A stretch of 64,000 nt of DNA from Bacteroidia bacterium (GTDB lineage Bacteria; Bacteroidota; Bacteroidia; UBA4408). Position numbers and translations under genes: made by a program. Shown piece by piece: positions 25,717-34,526 of the stretch. Position 1 is the first letter of the stretch. Each line of letters begins with the position of its first letter. The stretch spans positions 5,271 through 69,270 of the forward strand of contig JBIICS010000001.1 of NCBI GenBank assembly GCA_044238735.1. The letters are read 5' to 3'. The notes below the pieces were generated by a model. That model saw nothing but the letters and a program-made list of their open reading frames with translations. It ran no database searches and was not told the origin of the DNA.

Positions 25717-26121
25717 ATGCTTCTTAAGATTGAAGAAAACATGACCATAGATCAGATTAATACTGATTTGCAAAACAAGTTCCCACATATAAAACTTGTG
25801 TTTTTTAAACATAAAAATAAAAATGATGTTGATGTTGCTGAAACACGTGTTACCGAACTATACATTCCCTTAAAGCAGATTTATTCTAACATGCGCAATG
25901 CACACCTAAATGTTAATGGGAATTTACAAGTAAGGAGATTAGAACAGAAAATAAATGAAATTACAGGTACTCGAGCACAAGTATTTAGGCGTTCCGGAAA
26001 ATTATGGCTAGAGACATTAACAACCGATAATAAGACACTTACAGAAATAAGTAAGATGGCCGAAGAATCCATTAGTGAGATATTAAAACTTGAGGATAAT
26101 GATTATAACGAACAAGAATAG
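25717..26121 (+). CDS. Hypothetical 134-aa protein.
   Basis: An ORF with an AT-rich upstream leader. No motif was recognised. Confidence 0.45.
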   Translation: MLLKIEENMTIDQINTDLQNKFPHIKLVFFKHKNKNDVDVAETRVTELYIPLKQIYSNMRNAHLNVNGNLQVRRLEQKINEITGTRAQVFRRSGKLWLETLTTDNKTLTEISKMAEESISEILKLEDNDYNEQE

Positions 26122-26215
26122 TTTTAAAATATAAGATCATAATGTTGCAAAAAATGCAATTATAACTTTAATAAAATAATCAGCCGTTTATCTTACTACT
26201 TATAACATGTATTGA

Positions 26216-27598
26216 ATGTTTATCCAACAGATATATACCAAATGTTTATCGCAAGCTTCCTATTATTTAGAGAGCAATGGTGAGGTCGCAATTGTAGATC
26301 CCATGAGAGATGTAGATACTTATATAAATCTTGCAAAGGAAAGAAATGCGCTTATCAAATTTGTTTTTGAAACACACTTTCATGCAGATTTTATTTCAGG
26401 ACATTTAGACTTGATGCGAAAAACAAATGCAGTTATAGTATTTGGTCCTGAAGCAAAGCCAAAATATCACGCATTTATTGCTAATCATCACGAGATATTC
26501 AGGTTAGGTACTTGCGCATTAAAACTAATTCATACACCCGGTCATACAATTGAAAGTAGTTGTATTTTGTTGTTTAACGAGGATGATAAACCAACGCATA
26601 TTTTTACGGGCGACACCCTATTTATAGGGGATGTTGGGAGGCCCGACTTATTAAGCGGTAATTTATCAAAAGAAGTTTTAGCAGAGAAACTGTATCACTC
26701 CATACAAGAAGAAATATTGAGCCTGTCTGATGAAATAATTATTTATCCTGGACATGGTGCTGGATCTGCCTGCGGCAAGATAACAAGTTCGGAAAACGTT
26801 AGTACTATTGGTGTACAGCGAAAAACAAATTTGGCTTTGCAAGCACCTACTAAAGAGGCATTCATCAGATATGTTACAACCGATCAACCCTTTTCTCCAC
26901 CGTATTTTTATAAAGACGCTTATATAAACACACAAGGGTATGAAGCTCTGGATGTAATTTTAAAACGAAGTTTAAGGCCATTAGACAGTGATTTGTTTAT
27001 AAATGAGATGGTTAAAGGTGTAATGATAATTGATTGCAGAAACCACAACGATTTTAGTGATCAACATATTCCAGGTTCGATAAATATTGGATTAGACGGT
27101 GAGTTTGCCTTTTGGGCCGGCGTTTTGATTCCATTTAATTGTAAACTATTACTTGTATGTACTTCGGGTCAGGAAAAGGAGGCTATAACTAGGCTAGCAC
27201 GCGTTGGTTATGAAAATGTGCTAGGCTTTTTTAAAGGTAATTTTAATGACTGGAATTTTTCTAAACACAAATTATCCAGTATTAAAACAACCACTATTAG
27301 TGAGGCGCGTAGAATATATTATCCAGATAAGTTTGTGTTAATAGATGTAAGAAGTTATCAAGAGGTTAAAAAAGAAAAGGTTATGGGCTCCATCAACATC
27401 CCTTTGCATCAAATTCTCGATATAGCAGAACATTTTGACAAAAAAGCAAATTATGTTCTTTATTGCCAAGGCGGTTACAGATCTATGATTGCATGTTCGA
27501 TTCTTCAAAGCATGGGTTTTCGAAATATCATAAATATTAAGGGAGGTATCAATCTTATAAAAGAAACCGATCCCGAAATATTAGAAGTAAACGGCTAA
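26216..27598 (+). CDS. MBL-fold metallo-hydrolase (persulfide dioxygenase-like) fused to tandem rhodanese domains.
   Basis: 'FETHFHADFISGH' is the HxHxDH metallo-beta-lactamase motif. The C-terminal 'YCQGGYRSMIACSILQSMG' is a rhodanese active-site Cys loop. Confidence 0.8.
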   Translation: MFIQQIYTKCLSQASYYLESNGEVAIVDPMRDVDTYINLAKERNALIKFVFETHFHADFISGHLDLMRKTNAVIVFGPEAKPKYHAFIANHHEIFRLGTCALKLIHTPGHTIESSCILLFNEDDKPTHIFTGDTLFIGDVGRPDLLSGNLSKEVLAEKLYHSIQEEILSLSDEIIIYPGHGAGSACGKITSSENVSTIGVQRKTNLALQAPTKEAFIRYVTTDQPFSPPYFYKDAYINTQGYEALDVILKRSLRPLDSDLFINEMVKGVMIIDCRNHNDFSDQHIPGSINIGLDGEFAFWAGVLIPFNCKLLLVCTSGQEKEAITRLARVGYENVLGFFKGNFNDWNFSKHKLSSIKTTTISEARRIYYPDKFVLIDVRSYQEVKKEKVMGSINIPLHQILDIAEHFDKKANYVLYCQGGYRSMIACSILQSMGFRNIINIKGGINLIKETDPEILEVNG

Positions 27599-27670
27599 TT
27601 AAATTCTAGTGATATTAAAAAATGCTCTTTATTTATCTATAAAGAGCACCTATTCATAAGAACCATTTTC

Positions 27671-28651
27671 TTATAGTGTCAACAAGTTACATCCTCTTAT
27701 TTCACTGTTATCCATACGGCCCAGCACCTCAAAACCTTTATCGTTCAATCGTCCTAAGTCATCACTTGCAATAAACGAACACGAATAGATATTGGCAAGA
27801 TCAATTATATTTAGGGCGCCTGTCCGTCCTTCATCCATGTAACTAAAGGGATCTGCATTATCTCTTATTAAAACCTTCATCCAGGGCGGTAATATAAATA
27901 CTCCATCGCCTTTAGAATAAGCCTGCGATAAAAGCTCTGTCATACCATACTCTGAATGGATATGTTTTGTACCAAATGCTTTTATTAACTGCAAATGAAT
28001 CTCCTCACGTGTTTGTTCAATTCTCCGTCCCTTCATTCCTCCAGTCTCCATAATAATTGTATTCGGAATATCGAGTTGAAATTTATCAGCAAAATCGAGC
28101 AATGCAAAAGTTACACCCAATAAAAGTGTTTTCTTTTTTTTGTCCTTTTTTTGTAACACCTCAAATAATTCCTGTTGATTATAAAGAAAAAAACCACTAT
28201 CTAAATCCTCACTCCGTTTAATTAGTTCATCTACCATAAAAATTAAAGAAGAGCCTTTACGTTCTATATAAGAAGGTAATAATGCTAGAATACAATAATC
28301 TTTTATGGGACCATAAAAAAGCTCAAAGGTTTTAATAAAACTTTTTATATAAATGGTTTTATCGGCTATCAAATGTTTAGACGGAATTTGTGAGGTAGTA
28401 GTGCTACTTGAAAACTCGATTTGTGGATTTTGTAAAGAACTATAAATTTCCTTATTCTTAAAAAACTGAATAGGAAGAAAGGGTATTTGGGTATAGTGAC
28501 TTAAATTGTTTGGATTTTGTTTAAGAACTAAACTGCAAAATTCATGATATACTTTATTATTATGATACTGATAATTAAAAATCTCCAGGCATAGCGAATT
28601 AAATTCGCGTTCATTATTAATCTCAAATATTTGTTCCGAGTAATTAAACAT
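27671..28651 (-). CDS. LuxE-like acyl-protein synthetase (adenylate-forming) family protein.
   Basis: 'EFSSSTTTSQ' resembles the LuxE 'FSSSGTTG' adenylation P-loop. It also has the motif 'METGGMKGRR' and is ~330 aa long. Confidence 0.5.
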   Translation of the reverse strand: MFNYSEQIFEINNEREFNSLCLEIFNYQYHNNKVYHEFCSLVLKQNPNNLSHYTQIPFLPIQFFKNKEIYSSLQNPQIEFSSSTTTSQIPSKHLIADKTIYIKSFIKTFELFYGPIKDYCILALLPSYIERKGSSLIFMVDELIKRSEDLDSGFFLYNQQELFEVLQKKDKKKKTLLLGVTFALLDFADKFQLDIPNTIIMETGGMKGRRIEQTREEIHLQLIKAFGTKHIHSEYGMTELLSQAYSKGDGVFILPPWMKVLIRDNADPFSYMDEGRTGALNIIDLANIYSCSFIASDDLGRLNDKGFEVLGRMDNSEIRGCNLLTL

Positions 28652-28681
28652 CTGCTCAAATTTATTCGTAAATTTGAATTG

Positions 28682-29170
28682 ATGCGCAATTTATTTATTT
28701 TTCTTGTTATCATTTCCTTTTTTGGAGCATCCTGCATAAAACGGAAGGAGTTCCCGAACGAGCCTATAATAAAATATCTCGATTTTATTCAGACGAAAGA
28801 TACTGCCTATTTGCGTTTCTCATTTACAGATGGAAATGGCGATTTAGGCCTTGACCAAGCGGATACGTTAAGTCCGTTCGAAATAAAAGGAAGTAATTAT
28901 TACAATGTTTATATTAAGTATTTTGAGAGGGTTAATGGTGCGTTTAAGGAAATATCGCTTTCTGCGCCCTATAATTATCGTTTTAAAAGGATAAGCTCGC
29001 CGGGCAGGTCTAAAGCGCTGGAAGGCGAAATGAAAATTAAAATTCCGGCTCCATATTACAGTCCATTATTGGAACCGGGCGATACAGTTAAATATGAATT
29101 TTATATAAAAGATCGCACATTAAATTCAAGCAATACGGAAAGTACCGGTCCTGTGATAATTCAATATTAA
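28682..29170 (+). CDS. Hypothetical lipoprotein.
   Basis: 'MRNLFIFLVIISFFGASC' has a lipobox Cys. The start is the internal Met, to avoid overlapping the convergent gene. Confidence 0.5.
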   Translation: MRNLFIFLVIISFFGASCIKRKEFPNEPIIKYLDFIQTKDTAYLRFSFTDGNGDLGLDQADTLSPFEIKGSNYYNVYIKYFERVNGAFKEISLSAPYNYRFKRISSPGRSKALEGEMKIKIPAPYYSPLLEPGDTVKYEFYIKDRTLNSSNTESTGPVIIQY

Positions 29171-29173
29171 TTT

Positions 29174-29686
29174 ATGGCTTTAGTAAAACCTGTAAACGGC
29201 ATATCGCCGCGATTTGGAAAAAATTGTTATTTAGCTGAAAACGCAACTGTTGTAGGAGATGTAGAAATGGGCGACGATTGCAGTATTTGGTTTAATGCTG
29301 TTGTAAGAGGAGATGTTAACAGTATTAAAATGGGTAATAAGGTTAACATCCAAGACGGTGCGGTTATTCATTGCACATATCAAAAAACAAAAACCGATTT
29401 GGGGAATAACGTCTCGGTAGGGCATAATGCCATAGTTCATGGGTGTAAAGTACATGATAACGTATTAATCGGCATGGGTGCAATTGTAATGGATAATTGT
29501 GAAATTGGGAGTAATACCATTATAGCTGCCGGATCTGTTGTACTGGAAAACACTAAGGTTGATGCCGGTTGCATTTACGCCGGTGTACCCGCCAAAAAAG
29601 TTAAAGATATCTCGCAGGAATTAATAAGCGGGGAAATTGAGCGTATAGCCAACAACTATTTAATGTACTCGGGTTGGTTTAAATAA
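29174..29686 (+). CDS. Gamma-carbonic anhydrase family / hexapeptide-repeat protein (PaaY/YrdA-like).
   Basis: Left-handed beta-helix hexapeptide repeats: 'VGDVEMGDDCSIWFNAVVRGDVN...IGSNTIIAAGSVV'. Confidence 0.8.
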   Translation: MALVKPVNGISPRFGKNCYLAENATVVGDVEMGDDCSIWFNAVVRGDVNSIKMGNKVNIQDGAVIHCTYQKTKTDLGNNVSVGHNAIVHGCKVHDNVLIGMGAIVMDNCEIGSNTIIAAGSVVLENTKVDAGCIYAGVPAKKVKDISQELISGEIERIANNYLMYSGWFK

Positions 29687-29717
29687 TCTTCTCGTTTTTA
29701 ACATATAAATCATCGTT

Positions 29718-31019
29718 TTACCTTATAAACGATGCAATATCTTTAATTACGTGTTCTTCTATATGTGAGGCCGAATCATAATCAGTGGGGATTCCCTTTC
29801 CTTTCATAAATAAATGATACAGCCCTTCGTAGTATTTAAACTCTACTTTCGGGTTGTTCTTTAAAGCTTCCTTCCACATATTAAAATCGGTTTGTGTAAC
29901 CTGATAATCCATAGAACCATTAATTACTAATATATCAAGATTTTGGTTTTTTGAAATGCTTTGCAGAAGAGTAAGGGGGTTATAATAAGATAACTCCATC
30001 CAGTATGTGGTTGGTATATGCAAGGGAAGGTTTTCGCGGGGAGTTTGCAAAGTGAAGTTTTTATTTTTTATAAGATTAACCGAGATAGTAAGATCAGCCA
30101 ATTTTCGCCTCTCATCGTTATCTAAAGAATCTAATCCCAAAACATATGTATATTGTTCTAATAACAACTGTTCTAACGGTCTGGCTGGTGCCGCCATTAA
30201 TATTATACCCTTTATTTTAATGGAGTTAACTGCAATAGATGGGGCCATAAATCCACCAAAACTATGCCCCAATATATAAACGTTATCAACATCCACTCCC
30301 CCCTGTATTAAGGCTAGTCGGAGTGCGGCCTGGGCATCACTTACCACTTCTTTTGTGGGTGTATCGGTTAGGCTATCTTCCTTATAATTTAATGTGCGCT
30401 TATCATAACGTATTGTGCCTATACCCTGTTGGGCTAAACCAATTGCTATGTCTTTAAAAGGTTTATTTTTACCAATAGTTTCATCCATGTCGCCCGGACC
30501 GGAGCCGTGAACTAAAATCACACATGGAAATTTCTTCTTATTTGGTTTAGTAAATAATGCTTTTAACTTTACGGGGCCGTTATTTATTTCAAGCGGAACT
30601 TCGCTATATTCACCTTTAAATGAATAACTAGGCATTTTATATTCGGTGGCATTTTGAATGGGGGCAAAAAACAAACCGACTAAATAACCCTCGTCATTAA
30701 AAGGGAGCCGAAGTTCCAACTGCATATTCTCAAAGGTAAAAACAGCGGTATAAAAATTCTTTGCAATCTCGGTGCGATTAATTGGCTGAGAAAATTCTTT
30801 AAGACTGCCCATTTGCTGTTTAACCTGTTGCCATACCGTACTTAACATTTGTGCGCTCATTTTTAGTTTAACGTCTTGGCTAAAAAAGTAATGAACAGAA
30901 TCTGTTTTATCCTCTTTAAAGAATTTACAAATACTTTGGCTTCGATTATTTAGATTAATTTCCTGAGCAAAATGTTGCAAAGTCAAAAAAATAAAAAGTA
31001 CCACGCTATAAAACTTCAT
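29718..31019 (-). CDS. Secreted alpha/beta hydrolase (serine hydrolase).
   Basis: Signal peptide '..HFAQ', nucleophile elbow 'ILGHSFGG' and an N-terminal accessory domain. Confidence 0.75.
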   Translation of the reverse strand: MKFYSVVLFIFLTLQHFAQEINLNNRSQSICKFFKEDKTDSVHYFFSQDVKLKMSAQMLSTVWQQVKQQMGSLKEFSQPINRTEIAKNFYTAVFTFENMQLELRLPFNDEGYLVGLFFAPIQNATEYKMPSYSFKGEYSEVPLEINNGPVKLKALFTKPNKKKFPCVILVHGSGPGDMDETIGKNKPFKDIAIGLAQQGIGTIRYDKRTLNYKEDSLTDTPTKEVVSDAQAALRLALIQGGVDVDNVYILGHSFGGFMAPSIAVNSIKIKGIILMAAPARPLEQLLLEQYTYVLGLDSLDNDERRKLADLTISVNLIKNKNFTLQTPRENLPLHIPTTYWMELSYYNPLTLLQSISKNQNLDILVINGSMDYQVTQTDFNMWKEALKNNPKVEFKYYEGLYHLFMKGKGIPTDYDSASHIEEHVIKDIASFIR

Positions 31020-31075
31020 CCCGCTTTTTTAAAAGAAAACAAATAAATCATAACGCTATAATTTTAAATATCCCA

Positions 31076-33127
31076 TTACTCGATAGAGAATCGCTTTACA
31101 ACAGAATAATTGTTATAATTAATTCTAACTAAATATAACCCTTTACTTAACAAGCTTATGTCTAACTGTTGTTTATTTCCTTCAATGGCTCTGGTATTAA
31201 TAATCTGCTTCCCTAATAGGTCTGAGACCTCGATATTATGAGGTTTAGAGTTCGCGCTATTAAACTCTATGTTAAGCACTTTAGAGGCTGGATTTGGATA
31301 AAGTATAAAATTATCTGTAATGCCTTCATTAATTCCCGTAACATTTGAATATAGATTGATATCATCTATATACAAGTTATTACCGGTATTATTGGTATAC
31401 TCAAATTTAACAAGCACATTAGATGCATTTAATACATTGTTAATGGTAATTAATTCTGTTCTCCATTCATTGGGTTGAGGAATAAAAGCATTCGATTGAT
31501 TAGGTGCTGTTGATAAATTATCACCATATTTAAAGTAACGCTGAAACCACGTTAAACCACAATTAGAACTTACAAGAACCCTTAAACGATTTTCTGACGC
31601 TGTTGTTTGCTGAGCATACGCTAACTTAAAGGATAAGGTTGGCGAAGGTATAGAAGACACATCTATACCGGGTGTTACAATAGCATCTACCTGATTTATT
31701 CCTTGAGATGCCCAGACGTTGTTGAGCGCTATAGAACTATTTCCGCTTGCTGATACTGAATTATTTTGTTGAAAAGCAAAAGCATCATCGTTAATTACAG
31801 TTAGTTCCGATAGAGCCTGATTAAAGTCTTCAAATCCTTCTACATAATAATTTTGGTAAAGGGCCACATTATTAAGAACATTAATAAACTGATTTTTTTC
31901 AATACTATCTGTACCTGTAATGTTGCCCGACTTAAGTTTTACTTTATACGTTCCGGGGACCGGATAAGTAATTTGAGGATTTTGTAGGTTAGATGTGGAC
32001 GGGTTTCCTCCCTCAAATTCCCAATACCAGCTGTTAGCATCAGCGTTTGAGGATAGATCGGTAAACTTAACCAGAGATTGAGCACAAACGATTCGCTTAT
32101 CCGAAGTAAAATCGGCGCGAGGAGAACAAGGCGCCGGATCATTAAAACGAATCTCGTCTGTACCGGTAGCAACAAGATTTTCTTCCTTCCATAAATTATT
32201 TCTATTTGCAATATTGCTGTTGAGTATACCAAGCATGCGCGACACTTGACCAACAGTAAACATTCTTCCGCAGTAAGAATACTCCATATAATTTTGAACA
32301 TTTTCTATAACCCCGGGAGTGCATTTAATACCGTTTACATTACAAGATACCCAACCTTCAGTAACAGGAGTATCGGATACTTCATCATCACCGCAGGATA
32401 TCCCCGGATCGTTAGTATCTCCCCACACATGTTGTAATTCTAAATAATGGCCCACTTCGTGGGTTAATGCTCTGGCTCTCGTATAATTACCGGTGCCAAT
32501 AGATCCTACATAGTCAGCTAAAATAACTATACCGTCTATCTGTGGCCATCCATCTGCACTGGTAGGATAATACGCATAACCCGCGGCACCAAATGAGATT
32601 GACTTTACGGTCCAAATATTTAAATACTTAGAAGGATCCCACTGATTAAATTTTACATCATCCTCTCCTGTATTGGTCAATTCAGAAAAAACGTGATTTA
32701 TGCCGTTGGTACAATTTCCTTGAGGATCTATTTTTGCTAATCTGAATTCAATTGTGGAAACACCCTTTAAGTCCTTAAATGCAGGCACTATGTCTGCAGT
32801 ATCTAAATTGGTAGCCTGAAAATCCTCGTTTAATATTCTAACCGCATCTCTTACTTGCTCATCCGATATATTCTCGCCCCCGTAAACATGCATAATATGA
32901 AAAACAACAGGTATAACCAGTGTTTGATTTGAATTAATCGAATTAGAGAAATTTCTATTTTTCTTTGCGGCGGCGGATGCTCTTAAGTTAGGATATTTTT
33001 TATAAAGCCTGTTCATGGCTTCCTGTTGCCCACAATGTTTAAGGTCTTGGGCTTTAATCTTTAATCCAACCATTAGAATCAGTAAAGAGAGTATATATTT
33101 CATCTTTTTATTTATTAAGTGCTTCAA
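31076..33127 (-). CDS. M43 (pappalysin/cytophagalysin-like) zinc metalloprotease with a type-A T9SS C-terminal sorting domain.
   Basis: Metzincin motif 'HEVGHYLELQHVW'. Signal peptide '..IKAQ'. C-terminal 'LYPNPASKVLNIEF...GLYLVRI'. Confidence 0.85.
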   Translation of the reverse strand: MKHLINKKMKYILSLLILMVGLKIKAQDLKHCGQQEAMNRLYKKYPNLRASAAAKKNRNFSNSINSNQTLVIPVVFHIMHVYGGENISDEQVRDAVRILNEDFQATNLDTADIVPAFKDLKGVSTIEFRLAKIDPQGNCTNGINHVFSELTNTGEDDVKFNQWDPSKYLNIWTVKSISFGAAGYAYYPTSADGWPQIDGIVILADYVGSIGTGNYTRARALTHEVGHYLELQHVWGDTNDPGISCGDDEVSDTPVTEGWVSCNVNGIKCTPGVIENVQNYMEYSYCGRMFTVGQVSRMLGILNSNIANRNNLWKEENLVATGTDEIRFNDPAPCSPRADFTSDKRIVCAQSLVKFTDLSSNADANSWYWEFEGGNPSTSNLQNPQITYPVPGTYKVKLKSGNITGTDSIEKNQFINVLNNVALYQNYYVEGFEDFNQALSELTVINDDAFAFQQNNSVSASGNSSIALNNVWASQGINQVDAIVTPGIDVSSIPSPTLSFKLAYAQQTTASENRLRVLVSSNCGLTWFQRYFKYGDNLSTAPNQSNAFIPQPNEWRTELITINNVLNASNVLVKFEYTNNTGNNLYIDDINLYSNVTGINEGITDNFILYPNPASKVLNIEFNSANSKPHNIEVSDLLGKQIINTRAIEGNKQQLDISLLSKGLYLVRINYNNYSVVKRFSIE

Positions 33128-33215
33128 AATTTATACGGGTTAATCTATGGGCCTAAATTTTGTGTAATAGTTGTGTGTTATTTATTTAAACAATTAAACT
33201 ATTGTTGTGTTTAAA

Positions 33216-33674
33216 TCATTCTTTTCGAAATCGTATCACTTCTACCCCAAACTTTCTCAGAAAATCAACTCCCTCATCAGAGGGTATTCCTTTATATTCT
33301 GCATAAGAATCTTTATAGTAAACTTTCTTTATGCCGGAAGTTAGAATTATTCTTGCGCATGAAATACAGGGCGACAATGTAACATAAAGCGTGGCTCCTT
33401 CTAAGGTAACACTATTTTTCGCGGCGTATAATATTGCATTCTGTTCTGCGTGAATAGCTAAAGAGCAACTACCCTTACTGTCGCGCGGACAACCTTCTTC
33501 TGGCCACTCCTCATCGCAGTTATGAGTTCCTGCCGGCGGACCATTATAACCCACAGAAACTATTCGGGTATCTTTAGTGATTACAGCTCCTACCTGCGCC
33601 TTAATGCAGTGCGATCGTGTAGCCAAATCAATGGCTAGATTCATATATATCTCGTCGAAACTAAGCTTATTCAT
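33216..33674 (-). CDS. dCMP deaminase (ComEB-like cytidine/deoxycytidylate deaminase).
   Basis: Zinc ligands 'HAEQNAI' and 'PCISCA'. Confidence 0.85.
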   Translation of the reverse strand: MNKLSFDEIYMNLAIDLATRSHCIKAQVGAVITKDTRIVSVGYNGPPAGTHNCDEEWPEEGCPRDSKGSCSLAIHAEQNAILYAAKNSVTLEGATLYVTLSPCISCARIILTSGIKKVYYKDSYAEYKGIPSDEGVDFLRKFGVEVIRFRKE

Positions 33675-33876
33675 AGTGTTTAAATTTAATTAAAAAATAA
33701 ACGGGAATCCAAAGAAAATTGAGTAGTTAAGCCCATTTAAATACAAACTGTAGTAAAAGATTAGTCATTATGGTTTATTCTGTTGTGTCTTATTATAACT
33801 TTTAAAAATTAGCCAACCCTGTGTGCTGAAATATCTGCCCGGCATTGTACTAACCATTAGACCGTTACACGCGTAT

Positions 33877-34353
33877 TTACTTAATAACAATTTCTCTTCT
33901 AATGCTCTGTTCAAGAGAAATAAAGGTTTCGGTTCGCTGAACCCCTTTAATGGCTTGAATCTTCTCGTTTAAAATTGTCCTCAGGTGAATAGTATCTTTA
34001 CAAACGATTTTAGCAAACATACTATAAGCCCCGGTGGTATAGTGTAATTCTACTACTTCGTTTATTTTTTTAAACTTTGCAAGGGCATCAAGATATTCTG
34101 ATCCCTTTTCTAAATATATCCCCATAAATGCGGTAATGTCGTAACCAATCTTAGACGGATCTACCTCGTAATGCGCGCCTTTTATAACGCCCATCTCCTT
34201 CAATTTTTTTATTCGCACGTGAATCGTTCCCCCCGAAACCACCAACTCTTTGGCAATATCCGTAAATGCAATTGTAGCATCCTTAATTAAGATGTTTAGT
34301 ATCTGTTTATCGAGATTATCAAATTGATAATTTTCTCCTTGATTTAATTCCAT
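33877..34353 (-). CDS. Lrp/AsnC-family transcriptional regulator.
   Basis: HTH 'LDKQILNILIKDATIAFTDIAKELVVSGGTIHVRIKKL' plus a C-terminal RAM domain. It is transcribed divergently from asnB. Confidence 0.8.
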   Translation of the reverse strand: MELNQGENYQFDNLDKQILNILIKDATIAFTDIAKELVVSGGTIHVRIKKLKEMGVIKGAHYEVDPSKIGYDITAFMGIYLEKGSEYLDALAKFKKINEVVELHYTTGAYSMFAKIVCKDTIHLRTILNEKIQAIKGVQRTETFISLEQSIRREIVIK

Positions 34354-34526
34354 AAATTTTATTTTATTCAATAAATATATCAATTAAATATCATATTCGT
34401 AAAAATAAAGGTATTTGTTTAAAATATTTGCAATAAAAAGGCGTTTATTATAAATTTGTGAAGAAATCATTAGAAATATTGATGATTTGATAATTAAAAA
34501 CCCTTAACAATTAAAAAAAAGAAACC

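Noticed and set aside
28631-28681. The long ORF start at 28631 for the lipoprotein gene.
   Set aside because: Using the first ATG would overlap the convergent LuxE-like gene by 21 bp and would place 17 non-hydrophobic residues before the signal peptide. The internal Met (28682), which gives MRNLFIFLVIISFFGASC, is a better lipoprotein signal.
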